Source: Hyphochytrium catenoides
Taxonomy: Eukaryota > Protista > Hyphochytriomycota
Assembly: GCA_900088475.1 (NCBI GenBank)
Contig: FLMG01000484.1
Span: 45,692 to 109,691 of the forward strand
Direction of reading: 5' to 3'
DNA: 64,000 nt
Shown: positions 47,357-62,100 of the stretch, piece by piece
Position numbering within the stretch: position 1 is the first letter of the stretch
Layout: each line of letters begins with the position of its first letter
Program-made: the position numbers and the translations under genes
The notes under the pieces: generated by a model
What the model was told of the DNA's origin: nothing
The model's input: only the letters and a program-made list of their open reading frames with translations
Database searches by the model: none

Positions 47357-50341
47357 CTAACGCAGTGATGGAGCTTCAGAGGAGATCGGCAAGCAGACGG
47401 AGGAGCGAGAGGAATGCAGAGCCACAAGTATTTCGGACACCTCCCTCGGCGATAACTGGTGCGGAGGCCCGCTCACTCTGCAGAATACTCCAGTGTGTGA
47501 CTGGGTAATAGGAGGAGAGAAGCCAGGGAAAGGGATTGGCGAACTCATAACATTCTGAGCCTGGACTTGGACGGGAACTAGCACTTTCCTCTTCTTGGAT
47601 GGCAAAGAAGGCGGCTGAAAGACGATCTGTCTGCGTGGGGCCGGCAGACGAGCGCAATGAATGGTACGAGCGTCTTCGCTGGGATCGTGACCCAGAGGCT
47701 TCACACTAACAGCTTTGCAGACGGGCTTCTTCTGTTTCTCCGCGGGCCGACCAGAGCCACGAACGGCAAGAGATGCTATCATGGTGGGTCCACCGGCACT
47801 ATCCACAAAGAAGGCATTCCGCTGCTGTTCCACGCAACGATTCTGATCTTCTACATCATCAAATCTCAGCGCTTTCCTAGTAAAGGTAGAAGTTGACCGC
47901 TTCTGTTGTGCTTTGCTAGTAGCCTCAAGGACGAACTGGGGCGGCGCAGCCTGCGGAGTGACCTCCATTTCGCTGCAACGGGAGCCGCAGCGCGGGACTT
48001 CTGCTTCTGTTTCCCTGAACAGGATGGCGGGCGCTGCTGGTGCCAGGGAACAGCAGCAAGGCTTCGTTGTGATCCGCTCCAGTAGAGAGCTGTGGGTCCT
48101 TTTTCTGCCGCCTGAACATTTCTCAGCTGAAAGTCGCACAACCAGAGCGGTGGAAGCTGTAGTGCGCAACTTGTCTGCCGCCTTTTTGGCGTCCTCGTGA
48201 CCATCTCGAGACTCAGCCTCCGCTGTTGATGCCTCCGGTCTTGTAGGTGGTGGAGACGACAGAATATGGTCCAAGGAGTGTCTGGCAGCGGATGCTGCCA
48301 TCCCCTGTGAGCCGTTCTTCGTAGAGTGAGGGTAACCTTCAGACGACCCTGTCGATGGCAGTGGGGCAGGGGAGGATTGGCAAGACGTGTTGGAGAGTCT
48401 GTCCGTCACTTTAGTGGCCAAACCCCGGATCAAGAGTGGGCCTTCATCCAGTATGCCTTCATGTTCCCTCAAGAGCCGTCTCCCTGTTTGTCCAAGCAGC
48501 TCAAAAATAGCCCCACGAGTCTGTTGTTGACTGGAGCAGTGATGGTCCACCACCGCGACGATAGCTTTAAGAATATTTTGAATAATCGTTGCATTGTCGC
48601 TGCGTGCGGCAGCATCCCCTTGTTGGCCTTCAGCTGTGGAGTGTTGCGCTGCGTGCCAGTGAAGGGCCTCTGAGAACATCGTCCGGGCCGTTTGATGACT
48701 GATAAGCACTGCACATCGACTGGTGGAGGAATGAGGTCTTAGTTGATAGAGTAGCTGAAGAGGCAGAGGCATACTTAAGGCAAGAGATATACAGGCTTTT
48801 TGATAAGACTGGAAAGGTTTGATGAACTGCCTTATTGTTGCTTGCTCTGTACCTTAAGAAAAGCTCGACAAACTGCTTGAAAAGAAGTAGGAAGTTGGCA
48901 TCCGCGGGCTTATGATGCGCAGCTGCAGCCATGGGATAAGAGTCTTGTTGTGCTCTCTGGCACTGTTGGGCTTGTGACCGCGTTGGTGACTGCTTCGGTG
49001 GCCCAGAAGTCTGTAGTGCAACGGCCAGTGCGAACCCTACTAGCAGTGAAGAACGATAGAAGAGGAGGGGTGTAGAAGAGTGAGCGCGTGGAGAGAAACA
49101 GAAAGAACGCCAAGACACCACCTGGAGACGGAAAGAGGTATCGTGGAACAACTGACACTGGAAGCTTCATCATTGCCTTGTCGTCAGGCATTCTAGCTTA
49201 CCATTTGAGGGTCGTGGCTCATTGCTTGGACATTGAGATGGAAAGTTGCTGCCCATATCCGTCGAGGTTCTACTGCCTTCTTGCTGCTGTAGGTCCCCAG
49301 ACTGACCCCATGATGGCATCGCAGCAGGAGCAGGGCAACAAGAAGGGACATGGCTGAAAGACAGTGCGGTTGTGTCGTTGGCAGCAACTTTGTGTCTGTC
49401 GTTCGTGCTGGGTTCTAAAGACAAGGGAGCATGTCCATGCAGAGGAGAGGTTGTCTCCATCATCGTCATCGGGAGCACCCTTGATGCCTTTAACGCAGTG
49501 GGTAAATGACATGATGAGCCAAAGGTTAGTCCAAAGACACTCAGAAGTGATTTTGAGCGGGCTTACAGGCTGGGCAGAAGAGGTAAGATGAGTTGCACTG
49601 TAACGAGCCGGGGCTGCATGGGCAGCGGCTGCGAGTAGGAGTGCCATGCTAATAGTTCCTTGCTCCTTATCATTCACGCTTTTAAGAAATCTGACCGCCT
49701 CCCTGCGGTGCCCGTTGTTGGTGCCAGATGGTCCTACACTCGTAGGCAGCCAAGTCACAGAACCTCCTGTCGCCAAAGTAGAAGAAGAAGGTTGAAAGCG
49801 GGAAAGCGACATCGAAATCAGTGCTTGTGGCTGCAGGGAAGGGGGGAAGGGGCGGCGCAAGGAAGCTGAAACAGGAGAAGCGCATCGTAGCAAGAGGCAC
49901 AAGTGAAAGATGTCTACTAACAAGGACTGCGCACCTCCTAGTACTCGGCTATCAGGAACGCTGACGAGGCCTTGTGGTCCTTGTTGCCCCACTGCTAACG
50001 CGCTGTGGGCAGTGCAAGCTCGAGCCGAGCCGACGGCATACTTCCTGCAGCCCTTCACTGCAGAGCAGCGTGGCTGGTACTTGTTCCCGCCGTGCTTAAA
50101 ACAGAAGCCGCTCTGCTTGAAGTCAAACTTCTCACAGCCGGGCCATCGACACTTAGGGTAGAAGTCCCGGGCCCCGTGCTTCCAACAAAGCCTATAAAGC
50201 AATTAACGCATTAAAGAATGTAGGTCCAGGCAGACCGGACGTCAGCAGAGCAGAGTAGCTTTAGAGAACACTGAAGAAAAGGCCCTTTTACCTTTCCCTG
50301 ACAGAGCTCCCTCGGCATCCAGGGCGTGAACACTTTCCCAT
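47357..50341 (-). CDS. Triple zinc-finger putative transcription regulator, copy 2 (frame appears intact)
   Basis: Same exon layout and splice phases as copy 1, near-identical finger region, last exon open to 47357. Confidence 0.75.
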
Positions 50342-53300
50342 GATGATGGTACTTCCTTTTCGGAAGCTGATAGGTCTGAGAGGCTGAATGGTTGCTACTA
50401 GAGCCTAGGGCTTGCAGGCCACTGCGGCGTCAAGAGTAATATGACAGCAAATCCAAGCGTCAATAAGGAGGAGAGTGAAAGAGGTGCAAGCCGCCGAGAG
50501 CAGCCAGCGTGAAGGTACTTGCTTCTTCAGTGGGAGGATGGTCGCGGGGTAGGCAGTGGCCACGATCTTGGAAATTGGAGAATGAAGGAAGAATGAGCAA
50601 GGAACTGAATGAAGGAGCAAAAAATGAGGGATATTGTGCCCAAGCTACGTCCACGTTCTTTCTGCTGATGACTCCTACCATCTCATCCCTCCTTTTTACC
50701 CTTATAGGACGTTAGAGTGGCGGTATGCTGAACGACGTCTCTCATCGTCTAACAGTCAAAGACGTTTGCCTAATCTTGAGCTGTCTTCTTCCCACCACCT
50801 GCTGGCTTTTAGACTATCTCTCTCTTACATCTTCCGCCTTCTTCCATTTGGTCTTACAGACGCCAAGCATAATGCTTCACAGCCAGCAGCCCATGCTCTA
50901 CATATTAAGAGTCGCAGCTGCTTGTTGCCCCGATCGCCGAAGCTTAGAGGCTGCATACAGCTGCTGTGATGAGCGCTAGTCTGCATGGTTGTTTGGAGCA
51001 TCTGCTGGGCAGTGGGGGTTGGAAGGGCCAATAGAACAGCATGGTCGAGTGGAGCTAAGATAGAAGTGTTGAGCATACCGAGCAGCACATACAAAAGGCG
51101 TAGTAGGTACCACGGCGGTCTGAGAAGTGGGGACCTATATATAAGGAGGCAACTGACGAGAGAAAGAGAAGAAGAGAGAGCTGCAGCAGTGACAGGTCTT
51201 CTCCTCCCACTGTCGGTGGCAAGGAACTGAGAACGTGCGGTCACAAGACGATGCTGAGCCTAATAATGTGCGGCGGACCATGGTGGCGAGGGACTTGAGG
51301 GGCAACCTTCTAATGGTTGGCAGCTCATGGTCCACAGAGTGCTCGGGTTTGCCGTCTGCACTCAATGAGCATGACATAGATAGGTTGCCACCCTCTCAAT
51401 CAGTTCCGCTGTTGCCAAAGCTCATAAGAAGTCCCACGACCGACCCTCTTGCTCTTTATTCTCTCCTTCTCTCGTTTCCTCGCTTTATCCAGGTTGCGAT
51501 GATGTTTGGAGAAAAGTTCTCTTCTCTTCTTTCTTGGCATTCGCAAGATCTACGCCTCGTTGCGTTTCTTTCTCATCACCCTCTACTACTACTTCGATCA
51601 CATGATGTTTCGCGATCTTTCGCCCTGCCTTTCAGTGGTACTAGGGGTTGGCTGCAGAACCTGCTCTCCATCTTTACGGAAGCAGCACAAGGCCTGGTAG
51701 TCAATGCCTCCATACTTTGCGCCTCTATTCCTCCCGGCCTCGTATCTGCCAATGTTTTTCGGTGGGGAGAAGCGAGAACTGACCATAAGAACGCTTGGTA
51801 GTAGCCATCCAGTGTGTGGCCTAACAGTCTCACAATCTTCAAACCCTTGCTTGCAGCCTGACTCCTTTCTTGTTTTCAAAGGCCTTTTCTCTTCTTCATG
51901 GTCCTTCTTTCCTTTGCTTTTTGAAGAGCGGTGGCTTCCTTGCCTCTTTCCTAGAAGAACTACTTGCAGGTCGTCCTTACTAGTTCTACCAGGCCGACTC
52001 TCTCTCTTGGTGGACGGGTGCCTGTTCTCAAGCTTCGCTGTCTTCTGTCTTCATCCTAATTTCCAGCTTCCTCTTGTCATGTCATCTTTTTATAGGACTG
52101 TCGCCCTGTAGTTCTATTCTGCACGTGCTACATTGACCGCAGTCTAATGTTGCCTACAAGGGCGACATTATAAATAAAAAAGCGAACAGTTCGCCATGGT
52201 GTCCAAGTGGACAAAGTAACCTTGAACTATAACTGCCACTTCCATGCAAACTTTGCCTCGCCTGTCTGTCCTTTCGCCGGTTTATGCCATGAAAAAGTCA
52301 CTGCCACAAGTACCTTACAAAGTTGAAGTCAACTTCTTCCTCCTCTTTGCGGCCCCCCTTCCAAACCCCCTACTTTCCCTGAAATAAAGCCTTTACCTCA
52401 CCCTTGTCGATCTTGTAATGAGCAATAGGAGTGTCCTGGTTCTGGTTATAGAACTATCATTGCTTTTCAAATATTGTTACAAGTGATGGGGCAAGCTCCT
52501 ACTCTGTACTCGTACTCTTCTGTCTTACCATCACAATGGATGACGACTGTCCCCAAGGATGCAGGCAGGTTTTGTCAATGGAACACTTTTAGGCTGGGTC
52601 GGCATCATCACCCGGCGAATGGGCGAGGAAAGGGAAACCTGGCGATTGCGAGGGAAGGCCGAGAACCTGCTAATAATCAGTAGTTCTAATTATTCTAAAA
52701 AAGGCCTTTTTACAAGGGCTTCACGAGCCCCAACTGTAGCTTGAGGTAGTGCAGCGGAAAGAACCAAGAACAAAACGGAGGGGTAGTTCACTGTAGTGGG
52801 GGATGCGGTAAATACCAGTGTTATTGTTCGGTAAAAAACATGTGCGATGTGTCCTATAAATAAAGCACAGCTTTCTCTTCTATGGGCATGACATCGTCGG
52901 CTCGGGTCACCCCCTCGCTGCCCTCTAGTTTTCGCATAAAAATGTCATCATACTCAAGGGCCTATCTTCCAACAACTCTCTCTTCTTTGCTACGAGTAGA
53001 AAGAGTCTCTCCTTGTCTCTCACTTCTCTACTCTTTCTACAGTAATCCACTTTACATGCCTTTACCCTCTCCGCTCTCTAGGAACTCGAAGTCTATATCT
53101 TCTTCCTCCTCTCCAAGGATGATCTTGGGGGCTCAAGACGAAGGTTTTGTTCAGCGATCGATACTCTACGGAATACTACAATACAGAGTGGTTGATACGT
53201 ACACTCATTTTTCACCATCATGGGCCCAAAACCAAGGTTGTCTTTTTCTCCTTTATAATTTAAAATATAGAGTCTTTCTCTGCACTCTGGGAGCTTGCTC

Positions 53301-56182
53301 TGTCATCGTAATCCACAGTCGGCTTGCAAAAGGAGAACAAGCCGCCAAGCTCCACCCACGATGATGCAGGTCGGCAAAGTAATGGAACTGCAAGAGAATT
53401 GGGATAGACAACCCACCAGGTCGACTTCAGGACAAAGAAATCAGCAAAAAGGAAGAGAGAAAGGCGAAGCAAGTGGCATGGTTACAGCCAGAGGATGAAA
53501 GAACGAAGCGGCGGAGAGGTGCCTAAACCCACATCTCTCAGTAAATAATATGCACTACGTCACACTCTTCAAGATTTCTACCTACAAACGACCTCTGTCC
53601 TTTCCCCTCAAGCAACAGCTGCCTTCCTTCTCCTCCATCCAAAGACCAGCCTTGCCTTGAGCCCAGCAGTAGCTGAAGACCAATAGAGACGTTAAGACCA
53701 TAACAAAGGCTCTTCGCTCTTCACCTGTTCTTCTTGGGTTGCTCCTCAAGATAAAAGGTGAATGCATTTGTCGGGGCGGAATCCTCAATGATCGGAGGTC
53801 GTAGATGCAGTGGATGGCCGGAAGGGAGAACTTCCTTGCTCTGCCTGCCAAAGATAACCTGAAGAAGAGGAGGAACGGAGAAGCTTCTTGCCCAAGATGT
53901 TTTTTTCTGATGATGACACCTGAGGGTGCAACCGCGATCAATCTCAAAAATTGAGGGGCGGGCTGGATACTGGATGCGAAACTTTCCCCATGTACCACTA
54001 CTTCCAGCTGGTGTCGTGCTCTATGTGCAGTGCCTACGCTGCTGCTAGCAGCCTGCTCTCACTCCCGTTGATGGCTGCTCAACTCCCACCCTTTTCCTTC
54101 TCTCTTCATGCAGTACTACTGCCACCAGCACCATGAAACATGTATAGCCACCGAGCTAACGTGGAGTCGCTTGGACCATAGCTTACAGCTTCTTCATTGA
54201 CTGACCTAAGCGTATGGAGCGGGATGACAATGGTGGCAGGGGGTGAGTAGAGACCTGTTTACTCTGCTTTCTGTCGATCGTCAACCCAGTGCTCGTGCTT
54301 TCTTTTTCCTTTTGGTGGTACGTCATTTGCTGGTAGACTTCACTAGCTTGCGTGTGGCCGCCATACTCTCTTCCCACATCTTACAGCTAGGGATTGGTAG
54401 ATATCCTGCTGCCATCACCAAACGACAGTACGTTCCCGTTAATCTGCCGTTACTCTCCTGTCACTTTGACGGCCTTCTCCTGTAACAATGCTTTGCTTTG
54501 GATGAACGCCAACGATCTTTGAGCGGCATGAAGCGTGCATCAATCACGAATGAATGAGTTGTTCATGTCGTCGATTTCTCCTACAATTGTTTATCCTATG
54601 ACTTTGGTCAGCGACCTCGCCCATCAATCATCTTGGCACTGAGAGAGACAGAAGTTCCAGAGTGCTGAGAACCGAGCAGCTTGGGGCCGACAATACTAAC
54701 AATACACCATCAACCTGAATTCCAGAGGTGGCCAGAAGCTTATGCCTCTCAGGACGTGATCCTTATGCCGGTCGCTTACATGACTTTCTATCTCTTATAC
54801 GCCGCCGTCGTTAGAGAAGCAGCATCATCACGCAGTAGTGCTTCCCGAGGGACCCACGGTCTTCATTATCATCGCCCACGAAAATGGTGATCTTCAGTCA
54901 TTAGTCAGGATCAGCCTGACAGATGGTGCAGTAGCTTGAAGATGGCGTGGTAGCAAGCTTCTGCATACAAATCTCTACCGATATAAGAGCACTAGTCAGC
55001 ACCATGGAGGCCGAGATGCAGCGGCCCAGTTATAAGTCATCACTCGGCCGCCAACTAATGCTTCTGCTTATTATATACGGGCATAAAGACCATGGAAGCC
55101 CGATAACATCACACTTGCAGACAAGAAGAAGGAATGCTGTAGTGATTGGACAGGCGCAAGCATGGATGAGATCTGTCACTGCAGCCATCATAACGCGCAT
55201 AGAATACTGAAATAGCTTGATCTTATTATAGCTGGAAGCAGTGTCGCTTTGTCCCTTCTAATCTCTTAATCGACTCGTCATCGATATCATAACCCTGGAA
55301 CTTGATGGTGACTATCTCCTCGGGACCAGCAGCAGGCTTCTTGTGCTGACGTGGCGCCCCTGCCTACTACTTAGAGATAGAGTTAGCTTCAGTAGTCTGA
55401 CTTTGACAAGCTTGTAACCTTAGATAACGACGTCCTGAGAAGGCGTGTCGGCAAGGAGAGGGTATCTGTTCCTGGGCGGATGAACAGCCAAAACGGCCCC
55501 AAAGGAGCGAGGAAGCTGGCTGCGGGGACTTCCATGGTCTTAGTACAAATACTGGCTGGGAGAAGAAGCGTTGACTCCCTCATTATACGTACATCAGCAC
55601 GTCAGGACTTGCCCTTCAATGTTGAAGAGTACCTTGGTGACTTAGTTTGTTGGCCCGCTGACTCGGTCGCACTCCTCGCTCAATCACCGTCTTTCTTTCT
55701 GTCATCACTTGCTCGGTGCACTTTCCTTTACCTTCCTGTTTCCGTAATTCCAGGGTACAGAATGGTTCAACATAGCCCTGGTCTGCACTAAGCAGTGGTG
55801 TCAAAGTAGCTGAGCATCATTTGTAAGAGCAGAATATCCAATGCCTCGACTCCCTCATCCTTCATCGGTGGTATGTGGATGGAGCATGGGGAGAGTTTAT
55901 CTTTATGATCTGCCAAATGACGGCGCCTTACGAGGGAGACCCGGTATACCCTTCTACTAACCCCTGATCGGATGATGACAATCAGATCAGACTAAGTTGA
56001 CTAGATATTATTGCTTCAATGGCAATAAGGATGCCTCATTGGCAAGAGGTGACAGATGTAACGAGTGAAGGCTATGTCTCCATTCAACACTATTGACGAA
56101 GTTAATCGAGAAGAGGGAGTAGGCAGTGATTGTATGTAGGCAGTGATTTAGGATGCACATTGCGATTGCTCTTTCAGCACTT

Positions 56183-59180
56183 TTAGCGTAGTGATTGAGC
56201 TTCAGAGGAAATCGGCAAGCAGACGGCGCGAGAAGAATGCAGAGCGACAAGAGTCTCAGAGACTTCCCTCCTCGGCGATAACTGGCGCGGAGGTCCGCTC
56301 ACTCTACAGAATACTCGAGGGTGGTGTGACTGGGTAAGAAGAGGAGGAGAGAAGCCAGGGAAAGGGATTGGAGAACTCATAACATTCTGAGCTTGGACTT
56401 GGACGGGAACTAGTACTTTCCTCTTCTTGGATGGCAAAGAAGGCGGCTGAAACACGATCTGTCCTAGTAGTGGGGCCGGCAGACGAACGCAATGAATGTT
56501 ACAAGCGTTTCCACTGGGACCTCGACCCAGAGGCTTCACACTAACAGCTTTGCAGACGGTCTTCTTCTGATTCTCCGCGGGCCGACCAGAGCCACGAACG
56601 GCAAGAGATGCTATCATGGTGGGTCCACCGGCACCATCCACAAAGAAGGCTTTATGCTGCTGTTCCAGGCAAGGATTTTGGTCTTCTCCATCATCAAATC
56701 TCAGCGCTTTCCGAGTAGAGATAGAAGTTGACCGCTTCTGTTGTGCTTTGCTAGTAGTCTCAAGGACCAACTGAGGGGCCGCGGACTGCGGAATGACCTT
56801 CATTTCGCTGCAACGGGAGCCGCAGCGGACTTCTGCTTCTGTTTCCCTGAACAGGATGGCGGGCGCTGGTGCCGGAGCACAGCAGCAAGGCTTCGGTGTG
56901 ATCGGCTCCAGTACGCAATTGTGGGCCCTTTTCCTGCTGCCTAATAAACATTCCTCAGCTGGAAGTCGCACAACCAGAGCGTTGGAAGCTGTAGTGCGCA
57001 GCTTGTGCGCCGCCTCTTTGGTGTCCTCGTGACCAGCTCGAGACTCAACCTCCGCTGTTGATGCCACCGGTCTTGTAGGTGGTGGAGACGACAGAATATG
57101 GTCCAACGAGTGTCTGGCAGTGGATACTGCCATCCCCTTTGGGCTGTTCTTCGTAGAGTGAGGGTAACCTTTAGATGACCCTGTCAATGGCAGTTGGGCA
57201 GGGCAATTTGATTGGCAAGACGTGTTTGAGAGTGTGTCCATCACCTTTGTGGCCAACGCCGGGATCAAGAGTGGACCTTCATCCAGTATGCCTTCATGTT
57301 CCTTCAAGAGCCGTCTCCCTGTTTGTCCAAGCAGCTCAATAAGAGCCCCACGAGTCTGTTGTTGACTGGAGCAGTGATGGTCCAGCACCGCGACGACAGC
57401 TTTAAAGATCTTTGGAATAATCGTTGCATTGTCGCTGCGCGCGGCAGGATCACCTTGTTCAGGGCCTTCAGCTACGGAGGATTGCGCTACGTGCCAGTGA
57501 AGGGCCTCCGAGAACATCGCCAGGGCCCCCTGATGACTGATAAGCTCTGCACATCGACTGTTGGGGGAATGGGATCTTAGTTGATAGAGTAGCTGAAGAG
57601 GCAAAGGCACATCTACTAGTAGGAAGGCCAGAAATGACAGGCTTTTTTACAAAATAGATCTCGAAGTGAGCTGCAAAGGTCTAGATCGCCTTATTGCTGC
57701 CTCTGTACCTTAAGAACAGCTCCACAAATTGCCTGAAAAGATCTAGAAACTTGACATCCTCGGGCTTATGTTGCGCAGCTACAGCCATAATGTGGAAGTC
57801 CTGTGCTCTCTGGAGCTCTTGGGCATGCAATCGCGGTGGTGACTGCTTCGGTGGCCCAGAAGTCTGCAATCCCCCGGCCAGTGCGAACCCTATTAGCAGC
57901 GGACGATAGATGAAGTGACCACATAAGTGTGAGCGCGGAGAGAGAAACAGATAGAGCGCCAAGACAACACCCCGGAATGAAATGAGGAACCATGGTGGAA
58001 CAACTGGAACAACTGGGATCTCCATCACTGCCTTCCCGTCGGGCATTATCGCTTACCATTTGAGAGTCGTGGCTCTTCACTCGGCACTTGAAACGAGAAG
58101 TTGTTGCCCATGGCCCTCGGAGTTAACCTGCTGCCTTCTTGCTGCTGTATATCTCGAGAATGACGCCATGATGGCATCGCAGCATGTGAGCGCAAGGAAC
58201 ATGGTTGAAAGCCAGTGCGGTTCCCTCGCTGGTAGCAACTTCGTGTGTGGCGGTGGTTGTGCTGGGTGTCAAAGAGAGGGAAGCATGTCCATGCAGAGGA
58301 GAGGATGTCTCCATTGTGACCGGGAGCAGCTTTGATGCCATCAACGCAGCAGGTAAGGGACAGGAGCCAAGAGTTAGCCCAAAGACATCTCAGAAGTGAT
58401 CATGCTGAGCGGACTTACAGGCCGGGCAGAAGAGGCAAGGTGAGATTCACCGTCACGAAACGGGGGCGCGTGAGCAGCCGCGGCGAGGAGGAGCGCCATG
58501 CTTATAGTTCCTTGACCCCTATCTTGTGCGCTTTGAGATAATCCGATCGCCTTCGTACGGTTCTCGCTGTTGCTGCTAAATAGTCCAGCATTCGTCGACA
58601 GCCGAGCCCCAGAGCCTCCTGTCGCCACGTAGAAGAAAGAAAGATGGAAGCAGGAAAGTGATATCAAGTCAGTGCTAGTGGCTCGAAGAGAGGGGGAAGA
58701 GGGTTCGAAAGAAAAGAAATGGGGAGCTCTACTATCAAGGACTGCGCACCAAGTACTCGACTATCAAAAGCGCCGAAGGGTCCTGGGGGGCCCTGCTGGC
58801 CCACACCTAGAGAGCTGTGAGCAGTGCAAACCCCAGATGAGCCGACGGCATACTTCCTGCAGCCCTTGACCGCAGAGCAGCGTGGCTGGTGCTTGTTCCC
58901 GCCGTGCTTGAAACAGAAGCCGCTCTGCTTGAAGTCAAACTTCTCGCAGCCGGGCCGTCGACACTTAGGATAGACATCCCGGGCCCCGTGCTTCCAGCAA
59001 AGCCTATGAAGTAATGGGGAAATGAGAAATCCTAACTTCGGGGCAAAAGTGACGTATAGGACAGTTAGCGCAACAGAACAGGGTCAGAGCAGTAGCTTTA
59101 GAGAGTACTGAAGGGAAGGGAAGGTCCTACCGTTCTCTGACAGAGCTCCCTCGGCATCCAGGGCGTGAACACTTGCCCAT
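56183..59180 (-). pseudogene. Triple zinc-finger regulator copy 3, frameshifted in coding exon 4 (truncated gene, young pseudogene or assembly error)
   Basis: 1-nt deletion near 58188 relative to copy 1 leads to TAA at 58123-58125. The exon-4 acceptor used by copies 1 and 2 is changed (aaag to gatg). The other exons are open. Confidence 0.6.
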
Positions 59181-62100
59181 TATGATGATAACTCTTTTTT
59201 TCGTATTCTGATAGACGTAAGAGGTTGAATGGTTGCTAACAGTCTCAGGTCAGGCAAAGCATTGCGTCAAGAGAATGACAGCAGATCCAATGTTTCAATA
59301 AATGGAAGGGGAAAGAGGTGCAAAAGAAGCGAGAGAAGCCAGTGTGGAGGTTGCTTGCTTCAGTTGGGAGGATGGTCGCCGGTTTGGTTGTGGCCACGAT
59401 CTTGGAAATTGGAGAATGAGAGAAGAATGAGCAAGGAAACTGCATGAAAGGACAAGATTGAGGGATATGTTGCCCCTTTTTGCTATCTCCGCTCTCTTCC
59501 TGCTGATGAGTTCCACTATCTTCTTATGCCTCCTTGTACCGGTAGGAAATGCTGGAAGGTGGTATGCTGAACGACATCTCTCGTTGTCTAACAGTCAAAG
59601 ACGTTGGCCAGTGCCTCAGTCAGTCACGACGCTTTCTTCCCACCAGCTGCTGGCGTTCAGCGTCTCTCTCTCTCTCACACTCATGGCTAGGCATCTCACT
59701 CGCCGTCTATTCCTCTTACATAGGACTCAGAAACAGCTCTTAGGTACTTGAAAGCCAGCCCCAGTCCGCTACCTGCCACTACCTACATACTAATTCTTCT
59801 TGGCCCGATCGCCGAAGCTTAGAGGCTGAACGCGGCTGCGGTGAGGAGAGGTGCTTTGCCTGGTCGTCCAGAGCATCTGCTGGACAGAGAGGAAGAAGTT
59901 GGAATAGCCAATAGGACAGCAGCATGGACGAGGCTGGTGCAGAAGAAAAGAAGTTAACAATAAGCATAAGGAGTGCAGCATAGATGGAATGCTGACGAGT
60001 GGAGGGGAGAGTGGGGGAACAATGAGAAGAGAGAGAGAGAGCAGCAGTGGTGATGACTTGCCCACAGTCGGTGGCCACAGGATGAGGACAGGCTGCCACA
60101 AGGTGGGCAGTACCCCACGAAGGAGGCAGCGAAACATGGTGGCGAGGGACTTGAGGGGCAACATTCTATGATTCGTCGTCCGTGCTTTGGCTCTTGCCCA
60201 ACTGGACCTAGCACCAGGCAGGACAAAATTGCCACCTTTACCCTTCATCACAGCTGCTGCCAAAGCTCATTGCCAAAGTTCAAAGGAAGCACCACGACTC
60301 TGCTCTTCGGCTTCTCCTCCTTCATAGAGGTTGTTGGAGAGTCCTCTCCTTGGATGGCATACAGTAGATCTAAATAAGCGTTGCCCGTCTTCTTAACTGC
60401 GACTACTCTTCTTATATGTGATAGCAACAGTATCATGACGTCCGGCCACCTGCTTATTAGGTGTGTTCTAGGACGGTAGGCAATAGTAGCTGGTAGGACA
60501 AGGCAGCAAACTCTTCTCTCTTGCGCGGGAGTGGAGCACAGGGGCCTGGTGCGCCCATCTTCTGTGCCTTTATTCCTCTTTATTGCCGCGTTCTTGCCAG
60601 TCCTTCCATAAGGGAAAGGAGGACGGACTCAACTTGATGGCTCAATTTTTCCTCGTCCAACATGGAATCAAAACTCCTAACTTTTGCCTTGCAGTGCCTG
60701 TACCTTTCCGTGTTGCTTGTCATGATTCTTCTTTCTCTCCTAGCACTTATAAACAAGGAGGAGCGAGGGGTGCAGTTGACCCATGGAATTTGTTCTCCTT
60801 GCCTGGCTCCGTTATCCTTGGCAGCTATTCTTGTCAACCTCGCTATGTCTGCCTCCAACCTTAGCTATGCACTTCGTCTGTCTTCTGTCCTCCAATGATG
60901 ATTACCTCTTACTCTGTTCCTCCGCCATGCAATGTCAAGGTCCTTCTACTTGCAAGCTTGACGCCCCACCGATCCAATGTTGTGTCAACAAGGGCAACAT
61001 TCTCCAATCAACTAGAACTTCTCCATGGTTCTGCCCTTTCTTTATTACAGAAAGTTGCCACTTCGCAGATTCTTAACCTTGCATGTTTATTTTGGAGTTT
61101 TCAGTGTCTTGAATACAATAATAATACACCTAGGACCAACTAGGAATGACAGGCCACCAGGTTCGAGGTTGGGCTGTGGAAGCTGGTGGCAACCGCTCTA
61201 ATAATCCGCGAGCAGTCATTGGTGTCTGGCCAAACATCAAGAAGGTGTACCCAATTGATACATATACATATAGTTCTATGTGTTCATAGAGTGTCAGAGC
61301 TTCGGCTGGACGCGGAACCAGAGATCTATGATGCAGGTTATTTATTATTACTCTACTCGTACCAAGAAGCAATGGGTGGGTTAGTAGACCCCAAAGCTGG
61401 CGGTTGTGGGGAAAAGAATGGCGCTACCTTGCAGTTGGGAACAACTGTGCTCCTGGTGCTACCTTTATCATAGGTAGAAATGCCTTGGAACAGGGGACAA
61501 CAGGAAGAAGGGGGCCGCCGACGGCTAGCACAGTCCAACTCATCATTCAGTACCTGCAAACGAAGTCCAACCAATGTTCTACTACCAGCAACAAGGAGAC
61601 AACAAGGAACAAGAAGGACGACATGCTGTTGTGGCGTGGACATGGTAACTACGTAGGGTAGACACACGTTAGAATTGTAAGCTCTGGGCATGGACGGCCC
61701 AGCCCTCCTATTTCATAATAGTAGTTCTGTACAGTACCTGTAAAATTGCCTATAGACAGTTATTATGTCAAAAGACATGGTTGTCTAAGGCAAGACAACA
61801 AGGAGAAGTGCTGTCTTGGAAAAAAAGAAGCGATAAGATTGACTTCGATAAAGTTGCAGCGGTCACCAGCCAAATAGTTCTTGCATAATTAAGGGTGCTG
61901 GTGGTGATCTCTCCTCCTTCCTGCTGTCCTCTGTTTTTGTGACCAGACAGGTTTCTCTTCCAATTCCGTTGCATGCCTCCGTCTCTACTACTTGGTAGAA
62001 TACTACTACGACTCCCTGTGAATGACAGGAGGTTATGTGGAACTGTCCAAAGAGCAGAACGTCAGGTAGGGTAGCGAACAGTGGTGAAAGAGGCTATCAA

